DNA of 52,832 nt from Bugula neritina (Eukaryota; Animalia; Bryozoa), in the NCBI GenBank assembly GCA_964035545.1, contig CAXIUT010000177.1:1-52832 (forward strand), given 5' to 3'. Every line of letters begins with the position of its first letter. Positions within the stretch are counted from its first letter, which is position 1. Positions 13,230-27,804 of the stretch are shown piece by piece. The notes under the pieces are model-generated. The model worked only from the letters and a program-made list of their open reading frames with translations. It did no database searches and was not told the origin of the DNA. The position numbers and the translations under genes are program-made.

Positions 13230-16040
13230 TCATTAAACGATGATATATGAGTTATTGATGACATATTTCTGATACTCATCTTAGCTTAGTCCTAACTTTT
13301 TGTGATCTAGTTCTTCTATTAAATACATAACACTTTTGAGTAGAGTGAGAGTTTGTCCTAAAACTGAAGAATTGATATCATCTGAACAAAACTTTTCAAC
13401 AAAATCCATCAAAGTATACAAATTTCTTAATTTTGAACGAATAATTACCACCAACATCATTGGTATTTGAACATCTGCATTGATATCAGTTGCTGAACCT
13501 GTTATAAGAATCACATTTTGAAAAATAAGAGTAATCTCATAAAATATTTTAAGAATTCTATCCGGGCAGCAAGGTCTACTCAATTCTGATATAATTTTGT
13601 CTGCTTATTTGAGAATAAGTTATTACTATTATTGATATTGAGGAAGATCAAGCATAGTAAGAGATACGAACTAATGAGTTTACATCTTTTTGAAAAGGTT
13701 GAGATCTTGATCACTGACAAAGTTGTTTAATTTTATTCTTAATAAAAATATTTTTACAATGAATAAAGCTTTTATCCAAGAATACTTTTAGTATTTTAAA
13801 CCATATTGTCAGGCATGACTCCATTTTATAGTTCCTCTACTGCTCTTTACCAAAAGAGATGATAAAGTCCATCGACTCCTTCTCTTTTCTGTATAAAAGA
13901 GTCACTGATATCATTGAGACATTTTCTAAATGTTTTATCGCTTTTTCCTTATCCTCCTTCAATAATTTTATCATCTTATATTTCATAATTATATCCTTAA
14001 TATCGATAAATATACCTAGGTTAGTGTTGAGAAGCCCATGTATCTGTGCTTCTAATTTTTATTTGGAAATCCTTGCTCTTCTTTTATTAAGTAGATTCAT
14101 ATACATTTTTTAAAGATTAGATGAATAGTTTTGTTATTTTTATAATTATATTTTAGTAACTTATATTTCTCTTTTTCCATTTTCTATGGTTTTAAATATT
14201 TATTAAATAAAGATAGGAAGAGCCAAAGGAGTTAAATGTTCTTCAAGGTAGATAGCATATAGAGATACTGATGGCTAATTATTTAAACTATCTTATTAAA
14301 CACATCTGTATTGTTCAATTAGTGTTTTTAAACTTTTCTTTTATGATATTTTCTCAATTTTCATCAAAAACTAAATTAGAGTCTTTTTTATCTTATTTGT
14401 TGGTTTGAGTATTGACAAATAGTTCATTCCTACTTTCTATATCAAACTGACATAGATATTCTTTAGGTCGTAGGTTCTACTTGCAATGTTGTGACATGAA
14501 TTGTTGCATAATATTATTTCTAGTCCAGGTAGAGGACGGATCTAGTCTCTAACTACTTCAAAAATGAATTGAAGAGACTAAAAAGAGCTGAGCATGACTT
14601 GAATAAATTTATTTGGAGGTTTTTTGATGCTACTCGAAACAAAACCTCTGATAAAGTGTTTAATTGTTGGTACATATTGAATAATAACTTGGTTAAGAAA
14701 CCCAAATTTAAATTTTTAGTAAAATTGTTGACCAAACATGATCTTTTGGGATACCAGAGCAAGGAGTGTTAGGTTGGTATTCGGTGACATATATGTTCTG
14801 CTTTCATAGAGATTCATAAATTATGCAAAAAATAGTTGAGAAAAGATGACTTTATTGAAAAAACTTTTTAAATCTTAATAACGTAAAATACCATATTTTT
14901 TTTATGCTTCTTATTTGAAACAACGAATCACAAATTTTATCTCGTGAGGAATTCTTTGATATGCTAAATTTTATTAAAAAATACATTATATGATGCTAGT
15001 AAGCAAATTGATAGCTAATTTTTCTAATTTCTTTCTGTTTTGTTAGATTTTCTTCCAAACGAGCCAAGCCAATCTTAAATTCAAACCTTCAGGAATTTCT
15101 TATTCTCCTATCTAAGACAATAAAAACTATATGGCTGTTTATTCTAAATAAAATAGATATTACTTCTTTGGAATTGAACAATTTCTTCTAAAAGCGAATG
15201 TACTTAATTATCTCCTTTGATTTTACCATAAATAGCTTATAATTAATTTCTCACTATTTTGATATCTCCATCTCCTCCATCAAGAAACCTTTTAAGTTGA
15301 GGAAGATGTACTAGTTGCTAACTCCATCGTTAGTACAATCCTGCAAAATCAACATTTAATTCTTGTTCAGTTGCTTATAATTCCTATAGAACTCCATGGA
15401 ATATTTATGTGCAAAATCTTTGTATTTTATAATTTAGTTTTAAATTTCCAAGCACTTTAGATGCAAATGTGTACTAAGATTCAAAGCAGGATTCTATTTT
15501 ATCAGCTGATGATATTTCTAGTTGTATTATTTATTTTATGCGGATGTACCAGTTGGGCCAGAAGTTCATAAAATCACAGAGAAAAGGTAATCCAGGTTTC
15601 ATGTTGTTTTTAAAACCTAATGGCTTATCATCTAGAACTCTTTTGAAAAGTCTTTATTTAACAAAAAGTACATTTGTAGTTCTTATGGTAGTTAATCACA
15701 AAGAGAAATGATGTCTTTGTGGTTTAGAAGGATAAATGGTTCTTTTTTTTATTGACCATGACAGACCCACAGAAAATTGGTGAAGGAGTTCATGTAGTTG
15801 TACTAGATCTATTTTACTCTTTAGTTTTTTCTTTTTTCCTCTAAAGATAAATTCAATAGTACAGTATTAGAAGAGAAGATTTTGTGATTTGATAAGTTCT
15901 TGGAGATGAATCACTTTTTTAAAATGTTGATCATCAGATTGTTCAATAGCAAGATAAATATTAGACTCACGAGTTTTTCTTTATTCTCCTGTGTCTTAGT
16001 CGTCAACTATTTATATAGAAAAGGAGTAAGATGAGGTCAT
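13230..16040 (-). CDS. Large VPS9-domain protein (Rab5-family GEF-like), intron at 13996-14015
   Basis: C-terminal INADVQIPMMLVVIIRSKLRNLYTLMDFVEKF...LGQTLTLLKSVMYLIEEL fits VPS9; the N-terminal part is frameshifted and could be a separate gene. Confidence 0.65.
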
Positions 16041-16217
16041 TATTGTTGATTATTTATAATTAAATAGTGAATATAGTTTAAGATAATTGTATTATAATGA
16101 GAATAATTAAGTTCTTGATGAACTATTTCTTTTATTTTTAATATTATCCTTGTTATTTTGTCTTTATAACAATAGTTTATTTTGAATTCTATATAATTTT
16201 CTTATCTTCTTACAATA

Positions 16218-19162
16218 ATGTCAAACTAGATAGAACTACCAGACGTACTAATCTAAAATAGTAATTTCTATCGTAAAATCAATGATAATAATCATAAAGT
16301 TTTTGCCCACGTTGAGTATCTACGCTAGTTATTGACTACTATGCATCAGATGTATAACTCATTATGTAAAAAGTTGATACAAATATCTGATGAGTACTAA
16401 CGAAAGGTATTGAATTCGAGTAAAGTTAAGACTTAGCATTCTGAAGTGGTGTTAGATTTTGTTAAAACAATTTCTTTTCTTCATTTTTCTATTAATAACC
16501 AACTGAATAGTAATTCTGTTACTTTGGGAACTAAGACTCATAGAATAGCTAGAAATCGTTTATAGATATTGAAGTAAAGGTTAGATAATTGTCATTTAAC
16601 TAATAAATAATATGTTAGAAGGGTTTAAGAATTTAATAAAAACTAAAAAGTATTTACTGATAAATGTTAATATTTCAATGACTATGAAAAAGATGTATTA
16701 AAATATTATTCTCTTAAAGCTAATGTTTAATTACATTAAAAATTACAAACTAAATAAATAAGACTAAAACAATAAAAGTAAATTCTTTTTAGAAAAAAAC
16801 AAGATTATCAATTAAATGTACATTAAGTACGTGCAGGTCTTAAAGATTATTTCTAATTACAACAAAATATAGTTTCGTAGTATTGTCGATTACTCATGAA
16901 TATTCGGAAAAAACCTAGTCATGATAATAATGAGTTATATAATAAACCTATTATGGAACAATATAGTGATTAAAACAATACATCTACACATCGTGGAGAA
17001 GTACCACCTACTCATAGATCTGATCGACCTATAGAACGTACCATTGCTCAAGATCGTAAGGATATAATAAAAGAAGAGGAAAGGACTGTGTTGTTATAGG
17101 GGATATTGGATGATTTTTTGAAAGATTTACAGTAAATTATTGTGAATTCTGGATCAAAGATAGATGAAATGCGTTCTGCTAGCGAGTATTAAAAGTTTAT
17201 TCGTGAGAAAATGGTTATGGCAGAGATATTGTCAGTAGAAAGTATTAGAGAGATAGATTTAATAGTAAATGAGGTGGGTTTATTTCGAACAATAGTGCTT
17301 AATTTACAGACTCATTTTGGTCGTTTGAAAGTTTTAAAGGAAATATCTAAGTATCGTATCTATAATTATGATAAATTTATTGATTAAACTCAAAATCTAA
17401 ATGATTTGGATAAAAAATTAGCAATGACTCAATCTGGTAAATCTGAGAAAGCGATGATGAGTTCTTCTGGAAAGCAAGAATATAATAAACTTGAGAATAA
17501 GTTCAAGGCCAGAAATAATTAATTGATGAATAAATATAGATAACGAGTGATTTAATTGCAGGAAACAATACTTAGTGAGTACTATAAAGAGGAGATGATA
17601 TATTCATAAAACAGAAGTAAAAAGTTGATTCAAGGTAATCTGTTCTAACGTAATAATTATAACATTTTGATTCATTCTTTCTTCTTGCAAAAACAAAGTA
17701 ATGTCGTATATCATTAAAATCCTCATCTTAAAAAGTTAAGTATGCATTTATCTGCTAACCAAATTCAAAACTCTTTGACCCTTGAGGGGTTTTTTAAATC
17801 AAAAAAGAAGAAGAATTCTCGCAGTTGCTGTGGTTTTTTTTCTAATGACCAAGAGTAATAAGAGTAAAACAAAGCAGTTATTGATGAATATCACTGTGCT
17901 CTTAAAGACGGGATGATGTTGATTCAAGGTACTTTTATAAATATATAGGCAAATTGAAGTTATTTGAAAACTATTTGAATTTTAGTTCAAGTTTTAATTC
18001 AAAGACATTGTTTGGATATTCTGATATTCGAGTTCCAAAATGGAATATTTTACAAATATTACCTGATAAACATTTACTTTCTCTTAAAATAGTCATAGAA
18101 ACAACTCATGGAAATCTATAATTTACATCCTTCTTTAATAGTCCTTTGAATATTCTAATCAGCACCTACTAAACCAAGAAAAATGGAATTTCTACCCTAC
18201 AGAAGCATGGTGAAGGAGATACTGAGGTAGCTATTTTATAGGAGAGATTTCAGAGTGATTTTCAGGCAGAATTGTTAAAAATGAATATTATAGTTGACAA
18301 ATTGAGTACTTATCTATCTGAAGATAGGTAGAATTTGTCAATATCGATTGAATATCATTTGAATGGTAGTTCTACTCATGCTTTATTCGAAATAAAAATA
18401 ATATAAAAAAATATAGCTATCGAGTATGTGTTTATTCATGATGATCATTGCAAAAATAATGATACAAAATCAACTTTAGAAACTGTCTCCAAACAATTGA
18501 TCAACAAGAAAATGAAAGAACCTACTTGTCGGATGCAATAGATAGGAAAAGATTTTCAACTAGAGTGTAGTATTATTGAGGGTAACTAGAAATGTAAGCT
18601 GTCTTTTCAGAAATAGCCATCATTTATGTTGGGGAGGGTTAATGATAGTGTAGGTGATATCAATTTTGATGAGATAAGGAATAGTCAGATGTCTTTTGGA
18701 CCTCTTCTTACTTCCAAAAATCTTATCTAGACAAGCAAAAATATTTAGATTGATAGAGTTAGTCCGATCAATACTAATAGGCAGCCTTTGACTGATAGTA
18801 GTAATTACTAGTTGTTTCTAAAGAGTGCTAGGACATCGGAATAAAAAGAGGAAGAGATAAAAGTAGTTGAAGAAGATAAAGAGATTAAATAGGCTCAATA
18901 GTAAATTATTTAAGTTAAGAAGAGTGGGATCAAGGATATGAAGTTGTAATAGTTGATGCCAATTCGATAAACTCGTTTATCTACTAACTAATCAAAAAAG
19001 TTCAAAGAAGGCATAATAATAACACCAAAGCATAGATCTATCCGTTCCGCGAATACTATTCGATCAAAATCACCTAGCAGTAGTCCTAACTATCAATTCG
19101 TAATATATATAATTCTGACTGTGTTGATCCTCAACATAGTTATAAAAATATTATTCAACTGA
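16218..19162 (+). CDS. GRAM-domain membrane protein with N-terminal helical (BAR-like) region and C-terminal TM, intron at 17929-17948
   Basis: YHCALKDGMMLIQG|KLKLFENYLNFSSSFNSKTLFG is a GRAM pattern; C-terminal IYIILTVLILNIVIKILFN-TGA. Confidence 0.75.
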
Positions 19163-19237
19163 TGTTTATCTGACTATCATTTAATTTCAATCTAAACTCA
19201 TATATTCCGATTGATATAACATATTATAACTGAATGA

Positions 19238-22200
19238 ATGACCAGTTTAGAATCGCATAGTGTCTCTCTACTCCATCTAGCTTATTCTGTATCTATGATT
19301 ACACTAAAATAGCCTATTTGACCAATGACTATCTCTGTATTCGAGAGATCGCTAATACTGATTTGCCTCCTAGCTTTATTCAATTAAACCAAGGTCTTAA
19401 AAATGGTGCTTTACGACCTATAGCTTTGCTATCCTTTCCTAACTTGCTTGTTTTTGCTTAACAGGCTGTGAGTCGAGACGTTTATTTGCATTTTTATTCT
19501 ATCAATGAAAGGCATACATTGAAGGTGAGTTCTTAGTTGGCTAGACGAAGTGATGGAGAGCAAGAGTTGAAGTATTCTCTTTATCAGTCTGCTAAGATTG
19601 CGTATGTAGTTATAAATCGGGAGAACGATTCCTAGGTGGTAGCAGTTAATGTTATCAATCGATCAGTCATCGCACGAGGATTTATTAATGGAGTGCTAGC
19701 GTAGTTCCAGACAAAACAGTTGGATAATATTGAAGCTTTTTCGTATTTGAATAGAGATGTCCAAGAAATAGTTGAATTATAGGTTGTTTTAAATCGATCA
19801 GATTAGCGTGGATTATCGCATAGGATAATAGAGAAGAATCGATTTGCAGTAGTGAATCGAAGTGTGGTTTACTGTTGGGCCAAAGAATAGCTCTTGATTG
19901 CTGGTAGTAATAGTATAGTTGTGATCATTTAAAAGAAAGAAGTTCAGAGTATTCAGTTGAATAAATTTGTGAGGGCTATTATGGGAATAACTGCTGGATT
20001 TATAGTCTCAGAAGGGAATTGTCTCAAAGTATATCGAAAAAGTGCAAGCTATTTTGACTTTTAAGGAGAATATGTAATGGAGTATTTACCAAGTTCTAAA
20101 TTACAACTATCACCACAGTAAGATCTTTTAGCTTTCTACAACAATAAAACTCAAACAATATATTATAGTTTTAACTGGCAAAAGGAATAAGACTCATCTA
20201 AAAAACATAAATTAAATCTATCTACAATATAATACAAGAAATAGTAATAAATAAAGACTTATCCATCAAGACAAGCTCTTTTCACTGTCACAAGCGGCAA
20301 TCTCATCAGTATATACAGTCCTTTATCATATCATTGCTATCTTTCAATGCAAGCTAGTTCAAAAGATGTAACAAAGATAGTTAACGATCACAAAAAGATC
20401 ATGAGAAGCGCTACCTTAGTATCAGATAAAATGTTACATGAAATGAAGTAAGGTGAAACAATATAAACAATTGCTTTACATCCTTTGCGACCTGTAATAG
20501 CGATGGTGTTTAAAAATTTAGTGAAGATATATATGGTATTGTATAATGAGTTCAAAAGTTTGAAAGAAATTTCGTTGGCTCATTGCAAGAGAGTAGGTTT
20601 CAATAATTCTGGAACAATTATGTATGCTAAGTTAGGAGGAAAGCAAGGTTCAAAAATCTATCTTTACAATGTCATGAATAATTACTCATGTATTGAGATA
20701 CTGAATACTATAAGACCAATTATTGAAATGAAATGGACTCCATTTGATAACTACTTGTATGCTTTTCATCGTGATGGGTATTATTGTTGGTCATTGTAGT
20801 CAACTTTCAAACATAAATACGAATCAACTTATCACTTTGGGTTTTAAATTATGGGTGCAGATATTTTTGGTAGTAACTTAGTATTATGGGGAGCTGAAAA
20901 TTTGATTGAAATGGATTTCAATCATAATTTGATTGATTCCATAAAGTTACATGACACTATAGATCATTTATTAGTTCAAAAAAATAATGTTATTGTCTCT
21001 ACTGCTGGCGGTATTTTGCATCGAGTTAAATCTTTAAGTCAAATAGATGCTGTTTTAGGAACAGCTGGTTTCAAAATATAGGCAGGTAGTCAACTATTTT
21101 CAGTATTCTAGAACACAATATTGAACTTATCATCGAATGGGAGTATTATCTGTCTTGAATGGGGAGCTGAAGATAAATTATCGATTTAATTAGTATCTTT
21201 ATAGCGCAAGAAGTTGATTCGTATTCAATAACAGTATAGGCAGTATGAGTAGGAGATTAAAATACTTAGTGAGAAATTGGAATATAGATTATAACAGTTA
21301 CGAGAGGAGTTTATAAAGCGATAAGATGAACAAAAAGGTGAATTTAGTCGTGAGCTGAGAGATAGAGAGGAGCGTTATGTAGACGTTCGGGAGTAGAAAT
21401 TAAAAATAGAAGAGCAAATGCAGTAGAATATGGACATACATGAGAAAGGAATCTTGTAGCAGATTCGTTAGTTGTAAAAGATGTACGAGAGAAAGTTGGC
21501 ATTAACAACTAATAAATTACTGACAGCTTAGTAGATAGGTTTTAGGAATGATATGATGTCAAAGTAGCGACTGATTGACTTAGAGGAAAAACATTCTAAT
21601 CATATTGACAATATTAGAACGGAATATAACAGATCTTTGTCTAAATAGATCGGTATGAAGGATAGTAGCAAGTAGTAGTTGTTGGATATGAAAAGGAACT
21701 ATGAGACGAGATTGTCTGAGTTGTAGATTGAGAACGAGGAGTTGATCAAGCAGTTTCAAAGTTTTAGTGAAGGAAATATGTTGGCTTTGAAGAGAAATAT
21801 TATTGGTTGGGAAGTTAAACATTCAGAAGCTGTTAGTCAGAAACTTAATCTTGAGAAAAATATGCAGCAATAACAGATTCAGCTGCAACAGTTACACTAT
21901 AAAAATGAGTATTTGAGTTAAAGGTTAGAGGAAGAAGTGAGACGATGTTAGCAACAGGGTAGATAGAAGACATAAATGGAGGAACAACTGGTGAATAAAG
22001 AAAAGACGATTGTTTGTTTATAAGAGCGAATAAAAGAGTTATAAAAATCGAATGAGATATTTAAGTATCGGATAGTAGAGATAAAGAATATAAGCGATCC
22101 CAAAGAAGAGGAAATAATGAAGTTGAAAGATAACATGATTGAATTGTAGAATGAGTATGACAAGATAACTAAGAAGACTCATGATTATGAGCAAATGATA

Positions 22201-22959
22201 ACTCTTTTGAAGAAAGATAATGTCCAATTTAAAAGTGAGGTTAATCATGTCACTAATAGAGAGAAGAAATTGGATAAAAATTATCAAAATTTGATTGATA
22301 AGTTGAGAGATATAACTAAGTCGCCTATCCAGGAGATAAGGAAGTCTTTGTTGAAGTTATTGGAACAATTTTAAAGAATTAGTGATGAAAAATATAATAA
22401 AACTGAAGGGCATCAAGATGGAACTGTTGATGAGTTGAATCGTGTAAGAGAACATTTGGAAGTGTGCTTGAAAGATGCTATCGATTCTGGTAAAAAGAAT
22501 TAGAAACAGAAAGAAATTCAAGTCAAAAAGAAGAATAAAGAGAATTCTTAGCTACTGAAATAGATTAATGATCTACGTATAAAAATGACAAGTCTTGAGA
22601 ACAAGCTTAAGTAGAAAGAGCTACAAATTCAAGAGATAAGTCGCTAGCGTAGAGCAACTTACTCATCATCAAAGGTACCGAGAGAACATACATCTACTCA
22701 TGTTGAGACCGAGCTATAGCGTAATCATACTAAGGAATCATTTTTCTAGAAAAGTTTATTTAAAAATCATTGGAAAGATAAGCGATTGAAGACTGAACAG
22801 GGTAGTCGAAAGAAAAGTAATCACTCTTTGATGAAACATGATTCTAGACATTTGCATATTGAAGCAAGGAATGATTAAGTCGAAGAATTGAGGCGAGTCT
22901 TAGAACAAAAAGAAATAATTATTAAGCAGTTGATCAATAAGATACATAAGTTATCATGA
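19238..22959 (+). CDS. CFAP57: Cilia/flagella-associated protein 57-like (WD40 plus coiled coil)
   Basis: IALHPLRPVIAMVFKNLVKIYMVLYNEFKSLKEISLAHCKRVGFNNSG and ELNRVREHLE...KENSELLKEINDLR resemble CFAP57/WDR65; divergent copy. Confidence 0.7.
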
Positions 22960-23030
22960 TGGGTAAAAATGATAGCTAATTATTTTGTTTTTAAGGTTGT
23001 CAGTAATAATTGATTGATAATATTTTAAAT

Positions 23031-23050
23031 ATCGAATCGAATCGAATCGA
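23031..23050 (+). repeat. (ATCGA)4 microsatellite immediately upstream of an ATG
   Basis: atcgaatcgaatcgaatcga, followed by aaATG at 23053. Confidence 0.8.
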
Positions 23051-23052
23051 AA

Positions 23053-23436
23053 ATGAATCTATCGAACTTAGGCATTGGGAATAAATCTCTGTCTCAGGAT
23101 AGCTTTCCTGCCAACTATGGTCGCCCTCAGAACTCTTTATAATACAGTGTTTTGGGATTACCTCTTCCTTAAAATGGTGGCATGTTAAAAAAGGCAATCA
23201 GATTCGACTATGAGTTCAGTTCTGCTCGTAAGTAACCTTTATTAGATTCTGCCCCAATGATAAAGCCTTTTAATAGAACTGAGTCAGTAGTTGTGTCTCG
23301 TTAACGTTCACCTATTGGCAAAGGTCGAAAAGATGAGTCGATGTTCAGTGCTAATATGTTTAGTTGTATGGATGCTCCAGATTATCAGAGGGATTTTGAG
23401 ATAAGTCCAAAGGTGATGTATAAAGACAAGAATTGA
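23053..23436 (+). CDS. Hypothetical protein (~127 aa)
   Basis: Uninterrupted frame MNLSNLGIG...VMYKDKN-TGA under TAR=Glu. Confidence 0.55.
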
Positions 23437-23517
23437 TGACGTTACTTTTAAATTTATTCTTAAGCTATATATAATACTTTAGTCCATTTTATTTAACAAT
23501 AATTTAATAGGTCATTA

Positions 23518-24324
23518 ATGGAAAACAGAAAATCATCTGGATAAATAAGTTAGTAAAGTCTTCTACTGAAGAAGGAATCGAAAAATAAGGTGGTTTAAGA
23601 GTCATTATAGGTGAGGCTTCCAAAAAATTAAAACATTTAAGGATTTAAAGGGTCTTAAAAAGAAGTAAAACTGTAGGTTTAGTAATAGTTATTTAAATAA
23701 ATAGCTAGCCTTGAAACAATCTGCACTTTGGAGAACAAGAACTCATTGGATTTGAGATCAACTGCTTCCAACTAATAATACAAATTGAATTCAACGATGA
23801 CTAAAATGACTTCATTGGAGTTAATTCCAGAATAAACATAGCTTAAAAAATCTTTTATAGAAGAATTACTCTCTTTAGATGAGAGTGAATAGCTTAACTT
23901 TTTCGAGAATCAGGTGAAAAAGATAGGGCTCTTTTCATGTTCTGAAGCTAAATCAATTCACGAAGATGAATCATATGACTATGATGACAGAGTTTCAGAG
24001 ATAATGGAGCTAAGTCCTGATTAAGAAGAACTCTTCCAAAACTTTTTGACTCCTAAATATAGCACTTTTCTTAACCATATTTACAATCAAAATCATTTGG
24101 CTCCTCCAGGTGATAGACCAAAAAAAGAAGGAAAAGATAGACTACAACCTCCTGATAAAATAAAAGTGATTAGAAATTTCTTTAAGCCTAAGGAGAGTTT
24201 TATCAAAGATGATAACACTTGTTGCAATTCTCAAACAATTTTTTAAGGAAAATTGAGTGAAGAGAAGGAAATATCTCTAGTACATAAAAGTAGTGAGAAT
24301 ATCAGAGAAATTCAATAATAATGA
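23518..24324 (+). CDS. Hypothetical acidic protein
   Basis: Frame MENRKSSGE...IREIQEE-TGA under TAR=Glu. Confidence 0.6.
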
Positions 24325-24406
24325 TTAAATAATATGGTTTTCTTTAATTATGATTAAATATAACAAGACAATAGTCAACATATTTTCAAGACTTAGCTGG
24401 AAAAGT

Positions 24407-24467
24407 GGTTGGGGTTGGGGTTGGGGTTGGGGTTGGGGTTGGGGTTGGGGTTGGGGTTGGGGTTGGG
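24407..24467 (+). repeat. Telomeric repeat (GGGGTT)n tract 2
   Basis: About 60 nt of G4T2, ending TTGGG. Confidence 0.97.
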
Positions 24468-25849
24468 TTTCAAATAAACCTTCGACTCCACAATCAATCA
24501 AAACTAATAATAATCAGTTCAACCATGTGGGGAAAAAATATGGAAAGGAGATAGATGAGGTTCTTTAGAAGAAAGAGTTGAATTGTATGGATTTAGTGTT
24601 TTTATCAAAAAAAAGTGGAATTAATAATATTTAGTTTGCATAGCATGAACACTAAAGAATAAAAAAATAAATCAAAAAACAGAAATAAGTTCCTTTTATT
24701 TCTTTACTATGGATTTTATAGCTTTATCAGCGACTAGGACATAATAATTATCCAAATAACCTTAAGTAAATATTTGTTAATCATTTTAAAAACAATCATT
24801 TTTCAATGAATAGTGTAAATAAATATCCATCTAACTTTATGAAACAAGTTGGATTTAATATGATTACAGCATGTTTTCATAAAAGTTAGGAGTAAAAAGC
24901 AGAAATTTTGAAACATTTTGGAGGCTTGCTTGGTATTTAAGAATTAAAAAAAGTTGATAGTCTTTATTCAAATACAATAAAAAATCAATAAATCAACAGT
25001 ATAGTTAGATCTCTCAATATTTTTAGACAATTTAAAAGAAAAAATCAGTATGTGTAGCTAGCATGTGAAGTTATAATCTAAAAAAGGAATCAAATTGCAC
25101 CAAAATATCTCCTCATAGCTGCAATTAATTTTTTAGAATTGAATTATACTGAAGTGCTCTAAAAATTGACTCCAAATTTACTTTCTCAGATAGGAGTATA
25201 AAATGGGTTTAGTATTACTGAATTAGCTGCATTAATTCAACTATTTCATAAGTTTAAAGTTAGAAATTTAGCTTTTTGGTAATTAATTTAAAAATATCAA
25301 AACACAAATCAACAATTACAATCTTTTTAACATATTTTTGCTGTTCTAAGCGGATTTACAAGAAACTATTTATCTAAACCAGCCCTACTGCTTGCTTTTT
25401 TAAAAATAGAACCAACTTTAAGTTATGTAAAAGATCTAACTGAGAGACAGTTTATTGAATTTTATCTTGTAATATTTTTTCATTACTCTCAATAAAAGTA
25501 ATTTAAACAATACTAGACTACTATTATCGAATCAATTTAAAATATTTCGATGAAATCAGTATATTCTGAAATAAAAAACTTCTTCTTATTTCTTTTAGAC
25601 AAGAATAATAAAAATATTCACCTCAAGAAATCCTATCCTAGTGATATTCAACTAGCATTGTTATCTCTTGGATTTTAACTTCAAGAAAGAGTAGACATCA
25701 TTGAGGCATAATAATATGAAAAAGATCTGCTTGAGAGATATCATGAAGATGTTTGGAGCAAGAATAAGAGAATTATAGTTGCTGAAGAGTTTATTAGAAC
25801 TAAGTTGATATCAGCTAAAAAAGGAGAGTTTTAGAATCATTTGATTTGA
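24468..25849 (+). CDS. Hypothetical alpha-helical protein, probably 5'-truncated at the telomere junction
   Basis: Coding-like sequence begins directly after the tract (SNKPSTPQS...) and ends at TGA 25847-25849; frameshifts present. Confidence 0.5.
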
Positions 25850-25907
25850 TATAATCAATAAATAATATGTTATATTTTGTTTGATATTGATATGATTTAT
25901 ATGTTAA

Positions 25908-27625
25908 TCATAAAATTTATTTGAATAGCCTACGTATTTATTCATTTTTTATAAATGCTCTGTATTTATTGGTTTTTTGTTTGAAAAATAATCGTTTGAA
26001 TTCTTATACTTTTAACTCTCTCATATCATAGGATTGTATGTCATGCAAATATTCTTTTTATGCAAAAGTTTATACTATTTTATCTTATTTATTTTTAGAT
26101 TCAACTGATAGCACCTTTTACTTCATTATTTAATCAATTGTTTGTCTTTTGTTTGGTAGTATAAGACTTTCTTCAATAATTACTTCTTTTGATGATTGTC
26201 TTTGTCTGTCGATATCTTGTTTTGTTTTTTATTTTATTTTAATCAATTGGGCTTTCTTTTTCTTTGCAGCTTCTTCTTTTTATTCTTGCTAAGTTGTTAT
26301 TTTATTGGAAATAAGATCTTTCGCTGATAATCTATTTGACGTTTTTACGATTTTTGAACCTTCTACGTTTTATACTGATGATTCTTTTGGTAGTATTTAT
26401 ATTGGCTCATCATCATCAATATCAATAACATTATTTTCTTTTGGTATTTAGATAGCTACAGGTTTTTATTTAGGGATTTCCATTTTTTAGATACATTTTT
26501 AGATAGGACTTTAGGATTATTTTTAGCTGTCGATTTCAACCATATTTTTATCTTTGTTTTAAATCCATTAATAAGTTCCATCAATTTTAACTAAAACTTA
26601 ACTTCCTTTGCCTGAATAATTATCAATAAGCATGCTATAGATCCATAAATCAACATAAGGTTAGTTTAGTTTTTAATCACAAATGGGACAATTCCAATTT
26701 CTAGATCTTGAATGAGTAGCAATAAGAGTTTGTAGGCAAACACAACTGAAATGCTTACAATACTTCCCTCTAACTGGAACTTTTATCTTATCTAAAGTAT
26801 AAGGGCACATTAAATTAAGTTTGTTCTGGGTAACTTAAACATCAGAGTTATTTTGTTGGAGGATTTATAACGACTATTTTTGTTATGTTCTTCTAGAAGT
26901 GAAAGTCATTGTTTACAATTCATTTATTCTTAATTTTTTTATTAAATTTATGCCAAAGAAGTATTCTTTCTTTTCTTCATATTTAAAAGTATTTGTAAAC
27001 TTGTATTTATCTAAACAAGGTATTTTGAACTTGAGATAATTGCGGCCAATTTTTAATTTATCATCAGGAATCACAAAATATTCTTATCTTCTAGCTTTTC
27101 TATTTGAATTAAAAAGCAATGGCTTAAGCTAGTGAAAATTGACTTTTTAGTCATTGATTGAAAATGAACCTTGCATGGGCCATCCCAAAATTGTCTGATT
27201 TGAATGCAATCCTCTCACTTCTACTGTATTCTATCTGTCTTCATGGGTGAGATGAAACTCGAAGGATACAACATTGGCATAAACAAAGATTGATTCAGTG
27301 CGGAAGTAGCTTTCATTGAGGACTTTAACAACTTGGTAAAGAGGATCCATGCTTTTGTTGAGGCAACTTGCACATTCATATAATTAACCTCTATTTTTGG
27401 CTGGCGCTAGACATTCATGAACGAAGACTTGACATTTAAAACATTATTTTCCTTCTTCTTTTTTTTTGTTGTTGTTTTTTTTGCAGATGCAGGAAAGGAC
27501 TTGTTTTTCTGAAGAAATTTCTTGGATGATGGGATTTGCCCTTTATTGGGTAATATAGTCTTAGAGTCTAAACTTCTTTTTGGCGGGGGTGACTTGCATT
27601 TATCTATTTGAGAATTATATATCAT
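25908..27625 (-). CDS. SIZ/PIAS-type SUMO E3 ligase (MIZ/SP-RING zinc finger)
   Basis: LNLMCPYTLDKIKVPVRGKYCKHFSCVCL...WNCPIC is an SP-RING; upstream ECASCLNKSMDPLY and a PINIT-like region. Confidence 0.85.
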
Positions 27626-27804
27626 TTAGATAATAATTCAAATTAAAATATAAAGGCAATTATCTTTTTTAATATATTTGATCAAATTTTCATTGAGTTT
27701 AAATAATCATCTTATTGATTAATTTTGACAATTTTGATATGATTTTATTTTTTTCTCACTTTTTTCATTAAATCTGACATAAGATATTTCAACTATCATT
27801 TATT

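Noticed and set aside
23681-23703. Candidate 23-nt intron gtaatag...aaatag
   Set aside because: The frame reads through without splicing under TAR=Glu, so no intron is needed
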